Below are positions 39,820-54,400 of a DNA stretch of 64,000 nucleotides, piece after piece. Numbering within the stretch: the stretch's first letter is position 1; each line of letters starts with the position of its first letter. The notes under the pieces were generated by a model that worked only from the letters and a program-made list of their open reading frames with translations, made no database searches and was not told the origin of the DNA. The translations under genes were made by a program, and so were the position numbers. Source of the stretch: Chiloscyllium plagiosum (taxonomy: Eukaryota); contig NC_057728.1 in the NCBI RefSeq assembly GCF_004010195.1, positions 48,839,152 to 48,903,151 of the forward strand. The letters are read 5' to 3'.

Positions 39820-41043
39820 CAGTCATGTCACAAATTTGATTGAGTTTTTTGAAGTAACAAAGAGAATTGATGAGGGCACAGTGGTGGACGTGATCTATAT
39901 GGACTTCAGTAAGGCATTTGACAAGGTCCCCCATGGGAGACTGGTTAGAAAGATTAGATCTCATGGAACACAGGGAGAACTAGCCGTTTGGATACAGAAC
40001 TGGCTCAAAGAGGAGGGTGGTGGTGGAGAGTTGTTTTTCAGACTGGAGGCCTGCGATCATAAAAGTTGGTGCTGGGTCCACTACTTTTTGTCATGATTTG
40101 AATGGGAGCATAAGAGATTTAGTTAGTAAGTTTGCAGATGACACCAAATTGGAGGTGTAGTGGATAGTCAAGAAGGTTACCTTAGATTACAGTGGGATCT
40201 TGATCAGATGGGCCAATGGGCTAAGTGGCAGATGGAAGTTTAATTTAGATAAATGTGAGATGCTGCATTTTGGGAAAGCAAATCTTAGCAGGACTTATAC
40301 ACTTAAATGGTAAGGTCCTAGGGAGTGTTGCTGAACAAAGAGACCTTGGAGTGCAGGTTCTTAGTTCCTTGAAAATAGTAGCAGGTAGATAGGATAGTGA
40401 AGGTATTTAGTATGCTTTCCTTTATTGGTCAGAGTATTGAATACAGGAGCTGGGAGGTCATGTTGCAGCTGTACAGGACATTGGTTAGGTCACTTTTGGA
40501 ATATTGCGTGCAATTCTGGTCTCCTTTCTATCAGAAGGATGTTGTGAAACTTGAAAGGGTTCAGAAAATATCTACAAGGATGTTGCCAGGGTTGGAGGAA
40601 TTGAGCTAAAGGGAGAGGTTGGAAAGGCTGGGGCTGTTTTCCCTGGATCTTCAGAGGCTGAGGGGTGATCTTATAGAAGTTTATAAAATCATGAGGGGCA
40701 TGGATGGGATAAATAGTCAAAGTGTCTTCCCTGGGGTGGAAGGAGTCCAGAACTAGAGGGCATAGGTTTAGGGTGAGAGGGGAAAGATACAAATGAGATC
40801 CAAGGGGCAACCTTTTCTTGCAGAGGGTGATATGTGTATGGAATGAGCTGCCAAAGGGAGTGGTGGAGGCTAGTACAATTGCAACATTTAAAAGGCATCT
40901 GGATTGGTCTATGAATAGGAAGGGTTTGGAGGGATATGGGCTGGGTGCTGGCAAGGTGGGATTAGATTGGGTTGGGATATCTGGTTGGCATGGACGAGTT
41001 GGACTGAAGGGTCTGTTTCTGTGCTGTACATCTCTATGACTCT
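39820..41043 (+). mobile_element. CR1/HER1 LINE RT + 3' end
   Basis: [30 protein letters not shown], ctctatga tail. Confidence 0.9.
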
Positions 41044-42114
41044 CTCTCACTTTTGGCACTTCACAGGTCTTGGCAACCCACGTACCGGTTGTCTACATAC
41101 CTGTCATGAATGCTTCGAGCTGGACTTGAAAGAGAAAAATTGCTCATTATGGCTTCAACAACAATGTTACTTTGAAACGTGCATATTTTTGCTATTTGAA
41201 GGTATAATCAAATGAACTTTTCAAAAACAACATTCAACTCAACCATTAGCCTCAGCATAGCCAGGCTATAAATGGAACAGTGGAAACGTGGTAAAAACAC
41301 CTCATACCAATCTGTCAAGATATGCTTAAATGAAGATAAAAACAAGGTCACCTAGATTCTGAGCTTCCAAATGTAATCTTTAGAACACCAAACATTACTC
41401 ACCCTCTGTCAGCAGACTTATTTCCTTATATAGAAATTGCTTATTACAAGCTTGGAAGTAGCTTGTATACAACAAATGATTTCATTCACACTCAGCATAT
41501 GATTGTATTTTCATAATGCCGACAAATCAAAACTCTTGAAACTAAACTTCCTGTCACAAACTTTTGATTTTGTGGGCATTCAAGCAAAAAAGTCAATTTT
41601 GAGAGTTAGCCCAATGATTAATATACTCTGATATATACAAAATACAATGTGTTTTACCCCTTTTTAAAAAAAATTGTACAAGTAGTCAGCTTTGTCAAAC
41701 AATGTTAAATATTTTCACGTCCTATTTATATCATGGCTTGAAGACTGGAATACTTCCAAATTCCTTATCGCTATACTTCAGAATTGACAGTACTAATGTT
41801 GATTATTCCAGACAAAAATTCTGTGGTCTGCACAATTTGTTAGATCGGAATAAAATTCAAATTGAAGATGGACTCATAGCAAAAAGCTATGATAACATAA
41901 CGTATGTACGTTATTAGTAAACATTTGAAATAACCTACTTTTATAAAGTCTGCATCAAGGCACTGTCACACCATATGTTCAATTTCCTTTTAAACTAAAT
42001 AGCTTCTCAAAGCTTTAGCTCAATGCATCGGTGATGTGATTGTCAAGATTCTGCCTTTTCAATTAGCTTTTGATGAGAAGTATACAAACTGACTCCAAAT
42101 TTAAAATGTATAGA

Positions 42115-42482
42115 ACACTAGTTGCTGTGCTTTCAGGAAGATATTATTAACTTGGAGAGGATACAGAAAAGATGGACAAGGATGTTACCAGGTCTGGTGG
42201 GTTTGGATTACAATGAGGGGCTGGATAGGCTAGGGATTTTTTCACTCGAGCATGGAAGGTTGAGGGGTAACCTCATTGAGGTTCATAAAATCATCAGCAT
42301 AGATATGGTGAATGAGTTGCCAGAGGAAGTGGTTGACACTGGTACAATTGCAATATTTAAAATGTATTTGGATTGGTATATAAATAGGAAGGGATATGGG
42401 CCAAGTGCTGGCAAATGGGACTAGATCAGGTTGGGATATCTGGTCGGTGTGTACAAATTGGACCAAAGGGTCTTCTCTATAA
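42115..42482 (+). mobile_element. CR1 3' fragment
   Basis: LERIQKRWTRMLPGL...RLRGNLIEVHKI. Confidence 0.85.
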
Positions 42483-43845
42483 CAATGCCAGAAAACAAGA
42501 CAAATCAGCATTTAAATCTAAATATTTTCCAGATTAGACACAGGTTAGATTAGTAAGGGGACAAAAAGTAAACAGAGACAACAGGAGGTAAGTTAGAATT
42601 TGAAAAGTGGATATTAGCACAAGGAAAATTAAAGAACATTTTAAAAACAGTTCCAGTTTAATATTAATCAGTATTGCTCATGGTTGAGAGAAAGAACTGT
42701 CATGATTCTGGATGGGAGGGAAAGGCATAATGAAAGCATAGGAAATAGAACAGTCTTGTCAACCACAGTGGAGGTTAAGGTATAGGTAGAAGATCAGGTG
42801 GAAACACTGATTTGGGATGTGGCAACATCAGAGAAACTGAGAGAAACAAACAAATTTCTTATAGGAAGCAAGGTGCCTGAGGGTTTACGGCAGATAATGG
42901 TTGATTGTCTACATTCCTGGGGATAGGCAGAGATGTGATGGAAAAGTCAGCAGCAGATCAAACAGGGAAGGGTGGAGATTGGAAGTGGATTTAAATGTTT
43001 CTGTTTAGGCCAAGAGCAGGAAAATTACACCAGTACATTTATTAATGCACTGTGTAAGGAACAATGTATATGCCTATTTTGTATGTTTTTCTGTTTGGCA
43101 GGCTGTGGGGAGACAGCATGATGTTAGGTTGATTTTTCAAGAAATGTTCTTGAGCTTGGTATTAGAAGTCTTGATACCAATTTGGATACGTGCACATTTA
43201 ATCAAATTTCAAAATCCTTGAAATGATGGGACTTAGTACTTTAGTGCATTCAAAACAGTGGTAGGAAAAAAAAGTTGCCCAATGACAGGGGTCCCAGGAC
43301 ACTAGTGCTTGTTCATGCTTGTAATGGAGGCAGGCAGTTTATACTATCTAGTAAGAAATCATACAAGACTGCTGAGGAACTCACTTCAGGGAAATTAACA
43401 TGTTTGCAGTTTGTTTTAGTGTCTCAGCAAGAGATACCAACTGAAGAAAGACCATCTAAATGAATACACAGAAATTTTCTTGAAGGAAACTGATTGCAAC
43501 TGCCAACCTGAGCAAGAAGCCTTCGTGTGAGTTTGTTCATTTGTAGCAACTAAATGTCCCATTTCTGCCTTAATAGACACTAACATTTCCCAATGACTCA
43601 TTCTGTGATAGACTGAATATTAAATATAAATAGTTTTCTCCTTGAATTTGTATCGTGAAATATGTGCGCAAAACAAAATGTCTTTTATCAGCAATACTCA
43701 AATACAATTTACCCTTTGGAATGATCCTGATTTTAGCACTGAATTGCCAATCTGCTGAAATTCTTAATTTCTATTTAGTGCCAGTTATTACCTTTTGGAA
43801 CAAAACTTAACTACCAGACTTTGGATCCTATCATTGATTTATTCA

Positions 43846-44296
43846 TTGTTGTGGTTCTGTTCGCAGAGCTGGGAATTTGTGTTGCAGACGTTTCGTCCCC
43901 TGTCTAAGTGACATCCTCAGTGCTTGGGAGCCTCCTGTGAAGCGCTTCTGTGGTGCTTCCTCCGGCATTTATAGTGGTTTGTCTCTGCCGCTTCCGGTTG
44001 TCAGTTCCAGCTGTCCGCTGCAGTGGCCGGTATATTAGGTCCAGGTCGATGTGTTTGTTGATCGACCTGGACCCAATATACCAGCCACTGCAGCGGACAG
44101 CTGGAACTGACAACCGGTAGTGGCAGAGACAAACCACTATAAATGCTGGAGGAAACAACACAGAAGCGCTTCACAGCAAGCTCCCAAGCACTGAGGATGT
44201 CACTTAGACAGGGGACAAAACGTCTGCAACACAAATTCCCAGCTCGGCGAACAGAACCACAACAACGAGCACCCGAGCTACAAATCTTCTCACCAA
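43846..44296. mobile_element. Palindromic PLE element (family C), 205-bp arms
   Basis: Arms 43846..44050 and 44061..44265 with a 10-nt loop; SINKHIDLDxIYxPL PLE C-terminus; hammerhead motif in each arm; 14-bp TSD with 2 mismatches. Confidence 0.88.
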
Positions 44297-45248
44297 CACT
44301 GATTTACTCAATACTAGATTCCTGATTTTTTTGTAGCAATCCTTCAATAGCTACATGGAATATGCAAACATATCACACATTCAACATCAACCACTGCTTC
44401 TTCTATAATCAGTGATTCCCATGTATAAAATTAGAATGTCTTTATCTTTGACACTTTCTGCTAACTTCAAAGATTGATGGAAATCTGTAAGCAGTTTTCT
44501 CTCTACTTCATAAGAACCTACATGTGTGCAAAGGCTTTTTTCTTTTGGATTGTGGATTCGACTGACCAATTGTTGTGGACTCGGCTTTTGGGTGGGGGGC
44601 AGGCGGGCCAGCAGACATTGGTTACAACTATGTGCATGGACACAGGGGAAGAGACATCCAACTTGTAGAGGAGAAAGCACCTAAAATCTCTCTCCTCCTG
44701 TGTGAAGAAACAGGAAATCTTCCTACGAACTACTCTTCGCAATTTGCTGCTGAAAAGGAGAAAAATAATTTATAGGGCAAATCCTTTACCCATGAAAGCA
44801 CCAAAAAAAAATCAACTTGTGTGGTCTGGATCAGCAGTACTGAACTACTTCTCTCTAACATTTATCTTTTCCCACCCTTTATCCTTGTCCACGGCTCTTT
44901 GTATGTGTATGACTGCATATGGCAATTTTTAAAAGGGATAGTTTGAGCTCTACGCTAGCTATTCTTTTTCCCATTGATTAGAAACTATTTGATTACATAA
45001 TGATTTGTGTTAATGATTAAAAACCTGGTCTGCATTTTATTTTAACCTGAATTGGAGTCAGGTAAAATTAAATGATTCGTGATTTAAATAAATTTTCACA
45101 GTTGTGACAAATCTGTGAAAAATGGGGTTTGATTTTCAGCACACTGCCCAAATGAACTGTGACAATGGTTCGTTACTCTTGCAGGAAAATATAAATAGAT
45201 GCTTCAAAATTTGAATTAGAAAAGCATTAGAACTTGTGACGACAAAAC

Positions 45249-45254
45249 TTTAAT
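45249..45254 (-). promoter_or_regulatory. Candidate CCT2 polyadenylation signal (ATTAAA); alternative AATAAA at 45036..45041
   Basis: Hexamers on the minus strand about 190 and 400 nt downstream of the stop codon. Confidence 0.35.
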
Positions 45255-45440
45255 GTATGACACTCTGAATACAGCCTCATCTACAAGAGTAAAGGAAAGA
45301 TTAGTCAAATGGAACCAAGGCATTTACTTAAACGTACTGAAACTTTATAAATACAAAACTTCTATTTTAGTTCTACTGGATGATGTCTCGTGTTCACTGC
45401 TGACATGAGTCCAAATGTTCTCCTTATTCATGTTCATAAC

Positions 45441-45471
45441 TTAGCAAGGATGTTGATCAGGTACACGTTTC
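45441..45471 (-). CDS. CCT2: CCT2 exon 16 coding part (31 nt incl. TAA)
   Basis: (R)KRVPDQHPC*; tttcag| acceptor. Confidence 0.95.
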
Positions 45472-48400
45472 CTGAAAGGGAGATAGTCTGCATTACTAAT
45501 AGTCATTATATTGAAGTAGATTCGGTTAGTAATGTTACTATATAGCATAGGTGCAGAAAGCGAGCAAAGATGTAAACAACATATAGGACTTTTTATTGAC
45601 AAATTGAACTTTACAGATTAGAGCACATGGAACCTTTAGTGGCCATAGAGGCACACAAAAAATTAAGTCCTACTTATGAAGTGTTCCTTTTTTAAAGATC
45701 AGATCATGTGTACATAGGCATTATTTTCATCTAAACATTTTATTTAATTATTTTGAGTCAATGTCTGGCATGAAAAAAGCTTTACCTTGGAGCTGCCTTA
45801 ATAATATCATCCACTCGAAGGATCATTTCAGATGCCTCTGCTGCACTCAACAGAACTTGTCTCTTCACTTGGAAACTCTCTGTAATACCCATTGCTGCCA
45901 TGTCTCCAATGGTGCCATTTGTCATGTCTAAAAATAGAAAATGCAGAGTTTAACTTAACGTAGAAAATAACTAAATAATACCCTGGACTCATTTAAAATG
46001 CACTATTTCAACCAAACAAAGTGCTCTGCTGGATTTCTTACCCAATCCATATGTTGTTTGCCCTTCACTATGAGCAGCTCGTAACTGAGCCACTAAATCT
46101 GCACTATCATACCCAGCATTATCAGCTATGATGGTAGGAAGCTGCGGAGAAAGAAAATAAATGCACCATATAAATTAATTGTTGCAATTTAATTTTTTTT
46201 TACAGTATAAAGATTAGGAATAGATTTGCTTCTTTCACACAATTTGCAGGATTTATGATCATTGTGGATAAATAATCAAAATCCAACAAGAGGCTGTGCA
46301 GTTTCTACCAAAGCATGGTCTAGCATTACATTCAAGAACCATTCAGCTTGACAGGAGTGTGCTAACAGCAAGTGATGAAATGCTTTTCAAGTATAACAGC
46401 TAGTCTTGAATGCTAACTAGCATATGAACTGGAAAGAACATGCATAGTGAATAGTGCTATAATCTGAAATCATTTATTTATCAGAGAGAAGTTAAAAATT
46501 TGATCACAATTACTCAATGATGCGTAGAATAGCTTCCCTGCAATTAATTTTCATTGATAGACGCATTCTAGGTTTATCTAGAAACTGTAATTGGAACTTA
46601 ATGTTACGCATATAAATTAACAAAAACACTTAACATCTATATGTTCTTAGAGTAGACACACAAACTATGAAAGAAAGTGGAATTCCAGTTTGAATCGCTG
46701 TATTAAATTTCAGCCATATGAATCAATCATGGGTATATAATATGGATGGAATGAAGCTGCTACACATTCTTTTCTTGTTGTATAGCAGCAAATGCAGGAA
46801 AATCTTTAGCATGGATTTGAGATCAAATGCTGTAAACCTCATTTCTGCACAAGCAAAATCTTTCATACAACATAACTTACAGACAAATGATTCTGGAAAA
46901 TTTGTTAGTTTTAGAAATTTGCATTAGGCTGTCAAGTAACCAAAATGGATGACTGCAACTATGATTAACTGCTGAAAGTATTAGTAATTCTGAGCAATCC
47001 CCAGAAATACCCATAACATATTTTAGTAAAAGATACAATTAAACATTAATCATCAAAGCTTAAACAAACAGTAAACGACAAAACTAGGTAACTATCACTT
47101 ACAAAATTATTTTTTATTTATATAGTTATGTGCACAGATTAAATCTGGTAATTAAAGTGAGGAGTGAAGGTGGCTAGTTGAAAGAGTAGGAAGGAGAAAG
47201 CAAAATGCAACGCTGTAATGAAACTTACCATTGCTAGTGCTTTAGCGAATGACTCCATTGCTACAGCTTCTTTGCCTGGTGTTCTGACAGCAAGTTCAGA
47301 CACAGCTTGTGCCATTAACATCTCTGAACAGCCTGGGAAAGATTAGGAATTATGAAAACGTAATCATTGCGCTGTGCAACAGAAAATCTGGAACAATAAT
47401 TGCATTATAACAAACAAGCGAGCACCGTTCCTCCTCAGAGTGCTTCTGATTTTATACAAACTTGAAGAATCAGATGTAATACACACCAAGAATGATCAGT
47501 TCCATCACGGCTGTTTGTCATTAAATTATTCTAAAGAATATCAATTGGAAACCAGCTTTGTCTTGATGTTAAACACACAACCACCTTGATGCTGGCTCAC
47601 ACCTTTTTGCTGTGGCATCTTCTGTACACGAAAATTGCCATCCTGGCAAGTTGCAACACCAACTTTGCATTCAATTTAAGTTTTCCATTAATTTAGAACT
47701 GACCATCAACCCAAATGTATGGTTAGAATAAAGCTAAGCAGAGAAAACTTACATTTATATCACTTTCTCCTATCACTGCACTGGCACATGATTGTAAGCA
47801 AACCTGTTGACTTTATAATTGTACATCCATCGCCCCTTGCTTGCTCCAGTTGCTGTTGTACATGCAATCCAAATAAATTTAAAGGGATAGGAAGGTTAGA
47901 AGGGATTTGAGGTATCATGTCCCCCATAGAGAACATGGAGTATTTCTGGAACACTGAACACTTGAAACATTATGGGAGACAAGGCTATGTGCCAGGTGAT
48001 GGATAATGGAACCAAAGTAGGTATGTGCTTAATGACCGGCACAGACACAACGGGCCAAAGAGCTCTTGCAATTTTGTATTACTGACTTTAAAAACAATTC
48101 CACTTTCGATGTATGGCTGCATCAATGCAGTCACAGTACCTGCAATATCACTGCCAATGTTCTGCAGGTAGGTGCCTATATCAAAGAATAATTAAACTGA
48201 ATTGCAATGAACAAAAGTTGTTTAAAACATTTGATAAATTTTTACATCTACGGAAATCCCAAAATACTTCACAAATAATGGATTACTTTTGAAATGCACT
48301 GGCATACACAACAACCAATTTGCACAAACTATTTGAGGTAAAATGTTGACCAAAACAAAGGCTTGCTAAGAAAGTTGACACTTAAGTGTTCAAGACCAAG

Positions 48401-51400
48401 ACAAATTTGATAAGCAACCAGGAGTTGATCTGGAATAAGATATGGAAGATGTGGAGATTTTGATGGAATGAATTTTTACCACAGTAGAAGAATGGAGGCC
48501 TGCCAAATGTCTAAGGGAATAATCAAGCCTTTAGTGACCATTTGGAAATGGTGGCAAGAGTGGTAATGTAATTTGGCTAGTAGCCCAAAACCCCAGGTTA
48601 ATGTCTGGCAAAATAGGGTTGACACCAATTGTGGCAGATGGTGAAATCTGAATTCAATTTTTAAAAAAACCTGGAATTAAGTTGGTCTAACAATGCCCAT
48701 ATAACCAGTGCTGAGTGCCGTAAAAGCTCCTCCAGTTCACTAAATGTCATTTAGAGAAGGAAATCTGACATCCTTTTGTGCTGGCCTGTGTGACTCCAGA
48801 TCTAAAATATGGTTCACTTTGAACTTCCTTCTTGGGTATTAATTGCTGGACTAGCCAGTAATGCATGCATCCAATGAACGCATGAAAACAGATCTGTAGC
48901 CAGTGATGTGAGGGGAGCACGTCTTGTTACAGAAGCTAATCAAGTACATTTTTCAAATTAATAAGAAAGATTGCAGGGATGTAACAGATCAATATAAAGC
49001 ACTACAGAGTAGTGGTAAATCACAATTGTTGCTTTAGGGGCAATTTAGACATTGGAGTAATTAGCAAACCCTCAAAAAAGGTTTTTAAAAAACATACCTC
49101 CACCATAAACAGTTCTAGTTTCTTTCACTGTCTGAGCAAGTACACAGAGGGCATCATGCAAAGATCGTTCAGCCTCATCTAGAATCTGCTGAGTTGCTCC
49201 TCGAAGAACAATAGTACATGCTTCACCTTTAGAGTGAGAGTGGAAAGACATAGCAAGTGAGCTACACAAATATTATAATCAATAGGCATTATAAAATTTA
49301 ACTTTGCCAAGAATTCTGAAAGAAAAAGTGTTGTTCTTATTCTTGAGCTATTGAATTTCTTAGTAAAATGAACAGTCACTTACCAAGCTCCACTCCAGAG
49401 AAACGAACTAGCTTATCCTCACCAATCATGACCTCTTCAATAAGTTTACAATGTCCCAGTTTAACCAATTCAGGATGGTCAAATGTTGAAGCAATTTCAC
49501 CACCTGAAATCAGTCAGTTATTTCAATAAATGCATATCAAATTCCTAAATAAAATTTACATTCTCAATATTACAATAACTTAGTGTTTGAAAAATCTTGA
49601 AACTGGAGTCATAGAGATGTAGAGCACGGAAACAGACCCTTCAGTCCAACCCGTCCATGCCGACCAGATATCCCAACCCACTCTAGCCACATCTGCGAGC
49701 AACCGGCCCATATCCCTCCAAACCCTTCCTATTCATATACCCATCCAAATGCCTCTTAAACACTGCAACTGTACCAGCCTCCATCACTTCCTCTGGTAGC
49801 TCATTCCATAAAAGTACCACCCTCTGCGTGAAAAAGTTGCCCCTTAGGTCTCTTTTATATCTTTCCCCTCTCACCCTAAACCTATGCCCTCTAGTTCTGG
49901 ACTCCCCGACCCCAGGGAAAAGACTTTGTCTATTTATCCTATCCATGCACCTCAATTTTGTAAACAACCTCTATAAGGTCACCCCTCAGCCTCCGACGCT
50001 CCAGGGAAAACAGCCCCAGNNNNNNNNNNNNNNNNNNNNNNNNNNNNNNNNNNNNNNNNNNNNNNNNNNNNNNNNNNNNNNNNNNNNNNNNNNNNNNNNN
50101 NNNNNNNNNNNNNNNNNNNNNNNNNNNNNNNNNNNNNNNNNNNNNNNNNNNNNNNNNNNNNNNNNNNNNNNNNNNNNNNNNNNNNNNNNNNNNNNNNNNN
50201 NNNNNNNNNNNNNNNNNNNNNNNNNNNNNNNNNNNNNNNNNNNNNNNNNNNNNNNNNNNNNNNNNNNNNNNNNNNNNNNNNNNNNNNNNNNNNNNNNNNN
50301 NNNNNNNNNNNNNNNNNNNNNNNNNNNNNNNNNNNNNNNNNNNNNNNNNNNNNNNNNNNNNNNNNNNNNNNNNNNNNNNNNNNNNNNNNNNNNNNNNNNN
50401 NNNNNNNNNNNNNNNNNNNNNNNNNNNNNNNNNNNNNNNNNNNTCTTCTACCTTTGAGCCAGTTCTGTATCCAAATGGCTAGTTCTCCCTGTATTCCATG
50501 AGATTTAACCTTACTCACCAGTCTTCCATGGGGAACCTTGTCGAACGCCTTACTGAAGTCCATATAGATCACATCTACTGCTCTGCCCTCATCAATCTTC
50601 TTTGTTACTTTTTCAAAAAACTTTTTCAAGTTTGTGAGACATGATTTCCCACGCACAAAACCATGTTGACTATCCCTAATCAGTCCTTGCCTCTCCAAAT
50701 ACATGTACATCCTGTCCCTCAGGATTCCTTCCAACAACTTGCCCACCACCGAGATCAGGCCCACCGGTCTATAGTTCCCTGGCTTGTCTTTACCACCCTT
50801 CTTAAACAGTGGCACCACGTTTGCCAACCTCCGGCACCTCACCTGTGACTATCGATGATACAAATATCTCAGCAAGAGGCCCAGCAATCACTTCTCTAGC
50901 TTCCCAGAGTTCTTGGGTACACCTGATCAGATCCTGGGGATTTATCCACCTTTAACTGTTTCAAGACATCCAGCACTTCCTCCTCTATAATCTGGACATT
51001 ATGCAAGATGCCACCATCTATTTCCCTACAGTCTATATCTTCCATATCCTTTTCCACAGTAAATACTGATGCAAAATATTCATTTAGTATCTCCCCCATT
51101 TTCTGTGGCTCCACACAAAGGATGCCTTGCTGATCCATAGAGGTATACAGCACAGAAACAAGCCCTTAGGTCCAAGTCATTCATGTCAACCAGATATCCT
51201 AAATTAATCTAGTCCAATTTGCCAGCATTTGGCCTATATCCTTCTAAATCCTTTCTATTGAGATAACCATCCAGATGCCTTTTAGATGTTGCAATTGTCC
51301 CAGCCTACACTAAATCCTCTGGCAGCTTGTTCCAGACACGAGCCGCCTTCAACGTAAAAAAGTCACCATTTAGATCTTTCTCCCCCTCACCTTAAACCTA

Positions 51401-54400
51401 TGCTCTTCCCCACCCTGGAGAAAAGACCTTGTCTGTTTACCTTATCCATGCCCCTTATGATTTTATAAACCTTGAAATGGTCACTTGTCAGCCTCGGATG
51501 CCCCAGGGAAAATAGTCCAAGCCTATTCACCCTCTCCCTCTAGCTCAAACTCTTCCAACCCTGGCAACATTCTTGTAAGTCTTTTCCAAACCCTTTCAAG
51601 TTTCACAACGTTCTTTCTACAGCAAGGAATCGAGAATTGTACACAGCATTTCAAACGTAGCCGAACCAATGTCTTGTGCCACATCACCTCCCAACTCCTA
51701 TATTCAACACACTGACCAATAAAGGCAAACATTCCAAAGTTAAGCAATATGAAATTGTAATGTTACAATGGAATGCTACACTCCAGAAATTGCTCGTGAA
51801 TAACAGAACTGGAGCAAGTTATGACACACGTTTATTATCAGTTACACATTAAAACCACACTCCTTTTAACCCAACAACCAGTTTCAGTTTATCTGTTTAA
51901 TGCAGCATAGTAAAACCACTAGTTAATGGTCACATCCAACACACAAAATTGCAAAAAAGAATTTCTACACTCTCCAAAAATGCAATGCAAACATTTAATA
52001 TTTATAGCCCTGTAAATGCTTATTCAAAAGAGCCCTATGATGCAAAATATGCAAAAGGATGTCTATGTCACATAGCACATCTGTCAGGTACTATATTATT
52101 GCCCTACCTGTAACATTGCTAAAGACATGGCAGATTCAAAGATTTAATCAAACTTCTCAATGATCAGTTGCTTAATTCCTAAACTTATTACTCAAATCAT
52201 TTGCAGATGGTCTGGGATAGGAAGAAACTGTATATGGTGAACAATCTATATACCAACAGAGCTGAAATTGATAGTGCTGTGGAAAGATTAACTTGTGCTA
52301 TGGAGGATATTTTAAGCTAATCTTTCAAATGATGGACACAAAGTTTAAATATTAGAGAGAAAATAAAAAGGTGCATAGAGAACCAGGAAAAACAAATAGC
52401 CCAAGAGTTAAAGAACATGTCAGGAATAGAAGAGAACAGCGGGCAAATTTAAATGATCTAAGGCGATTTGGACTGCATGTAATATAGGCAGTGTGGCTGA
52501 GTGCTGCAGGTGCAATTTGCTACAAGAGATAATAGGCCTGGCTCAAATGGGGAGAATTAGAGCTGAAAATTGGTGCGGAGGTATTCAGGAACGTTAACCA
52601 TATAAATTTCACAATAAAGTTATTTTGGAACTGTATCTTTAAATTGAAGGTAAATGAATGGAGTCATGCAACTTGCTCTGTAGTCTGCCTGACAGTGGCT
52701 TTGTGACTTGATAACAAATACAAGCAAAGTGTTGCAGAAAATCAGGTCTGACAAAATCTGTGAACACAGCTAACATTGACTCTAAAAAGAGTCTGCTTTG
52801 AAAATCAAGGAGGCTGGAAAAATGATGAGCTTTTTGTTGTTAAAAAAGGGGTGGAGAAGAAGGGCCAGGGCTTATACAGTTCATGGTAGGATGTTAAGGA
52901 GTGTTGTCTTGCTTTAAGAAGGTGAATGAAGGTACGTGGTTAATAATTGACCCTTGAAGATCCACATGTATGAAGCATCACAATTGGCTTGCTAAAACTC
53001 AATGTCATAGGCGTAAAGGGACAATAGCAGCATGGATACAAAATTAGCAAAGGGATAGAACATAGTAGTTTCAGAGAGGAAGGTCATATTCAGCACTTGG
53101 AACTATGAGCACTGATTTAAAAGAAAATACATTTATGTATTTTAAACATTATATATTGGCATGGGTAAATAGGACTTTTTCAAAACTTGCAGATGATATA
53201 TAACTCATAACTGTGGTGAACAATGAAGATAGTAACAGACTTTTGGAGAATTGATTGGCTCAATTTTCAATGGGGTGAAATACAAATGTTTGTAGGTGGT
53301 ATGGTAGGTTGCTATTTTAAACAAAAACAAATTGACTCGATTGATAAATGGATACAATACAAAAGCATGCAAAGCCTTTATACAACATGACTGAGGCCTC
53401 AGTTGAATAACTGATCAACTCTGTAGGACAAAAATCTTAGGGAGAATGTAGAAAGGATTCACCAGAATGGTACTGGGAATGATGAACCTCAGTTATGTGG
53501 AGAGGTTAGAGAAACTGGGGATATTTTCCTTAAAATAGAGAAATTTAAATGTAAACGTGCTAAAACCATTCACAAATTTGAAGAGTAACAGAAACACATT
53601 TCCAATGGAAGGAGGTTAGAAGAGACAGTATTAAAGAATCTTGGCAAAGAATCAGAGGAGATGGGAGGATTCTTGCATTTGTATGAAAACAAAATTATCG
53701 TGCTGTCGGCTAAGAACAGAAGAGTGGAACTAACTGGATACCTCTACAAAAATCACTGGTATTGACAATGTACCTTCTGTACTGCAACATTCTACATTTG
53801 TATAAAAACTAATCTAATACACAAGCTGCAAGATTTTATATATTTGACAATGAATTTGTGACACTACAAAATAATATAAAGTGCCACGTTATTTGTACTT
53901 AACTTTCTATTTTAAAAGGAGGACAGTTTAAGGTAAAAAAAATTGAGAATGCCTGAAAAATAAAATACTAAGGAAAGTTAAGCAATAATGAACAAAGCAG
54001 GTACCAATTTTTTAAACAAATGGTTCTAATACTGCTCACCATTTAACTACAGGGCAAACATATCTTGAGAATTACTTCTTTGACTTACCAGTTACAAGTG
54101 CAAGTCGCTCTATTCCAGAAAAGTCAGCATGTTCAATAGCCATAACACCTGCAGCACCAAACAACTGTTCAGGGTAATTATAAATAAGCTGTCTGAAACA
54201 CAAATGGAAGGGTATTCATACAATTGCAATGAACTAAATAAAGACTTTTGAAAATAACAATGTTCTTAAATTAAAAATGTCAGTTCTACCTATTGATAAA
54301 ACAATTAATTCCATGTTTTAGGATGCGATCCACCTTTTCTTTCATTTTCTCCTTTTCAGCCAGTTCGATTTCTGCAACTTTTGCAGTAGAATCCACCCGC

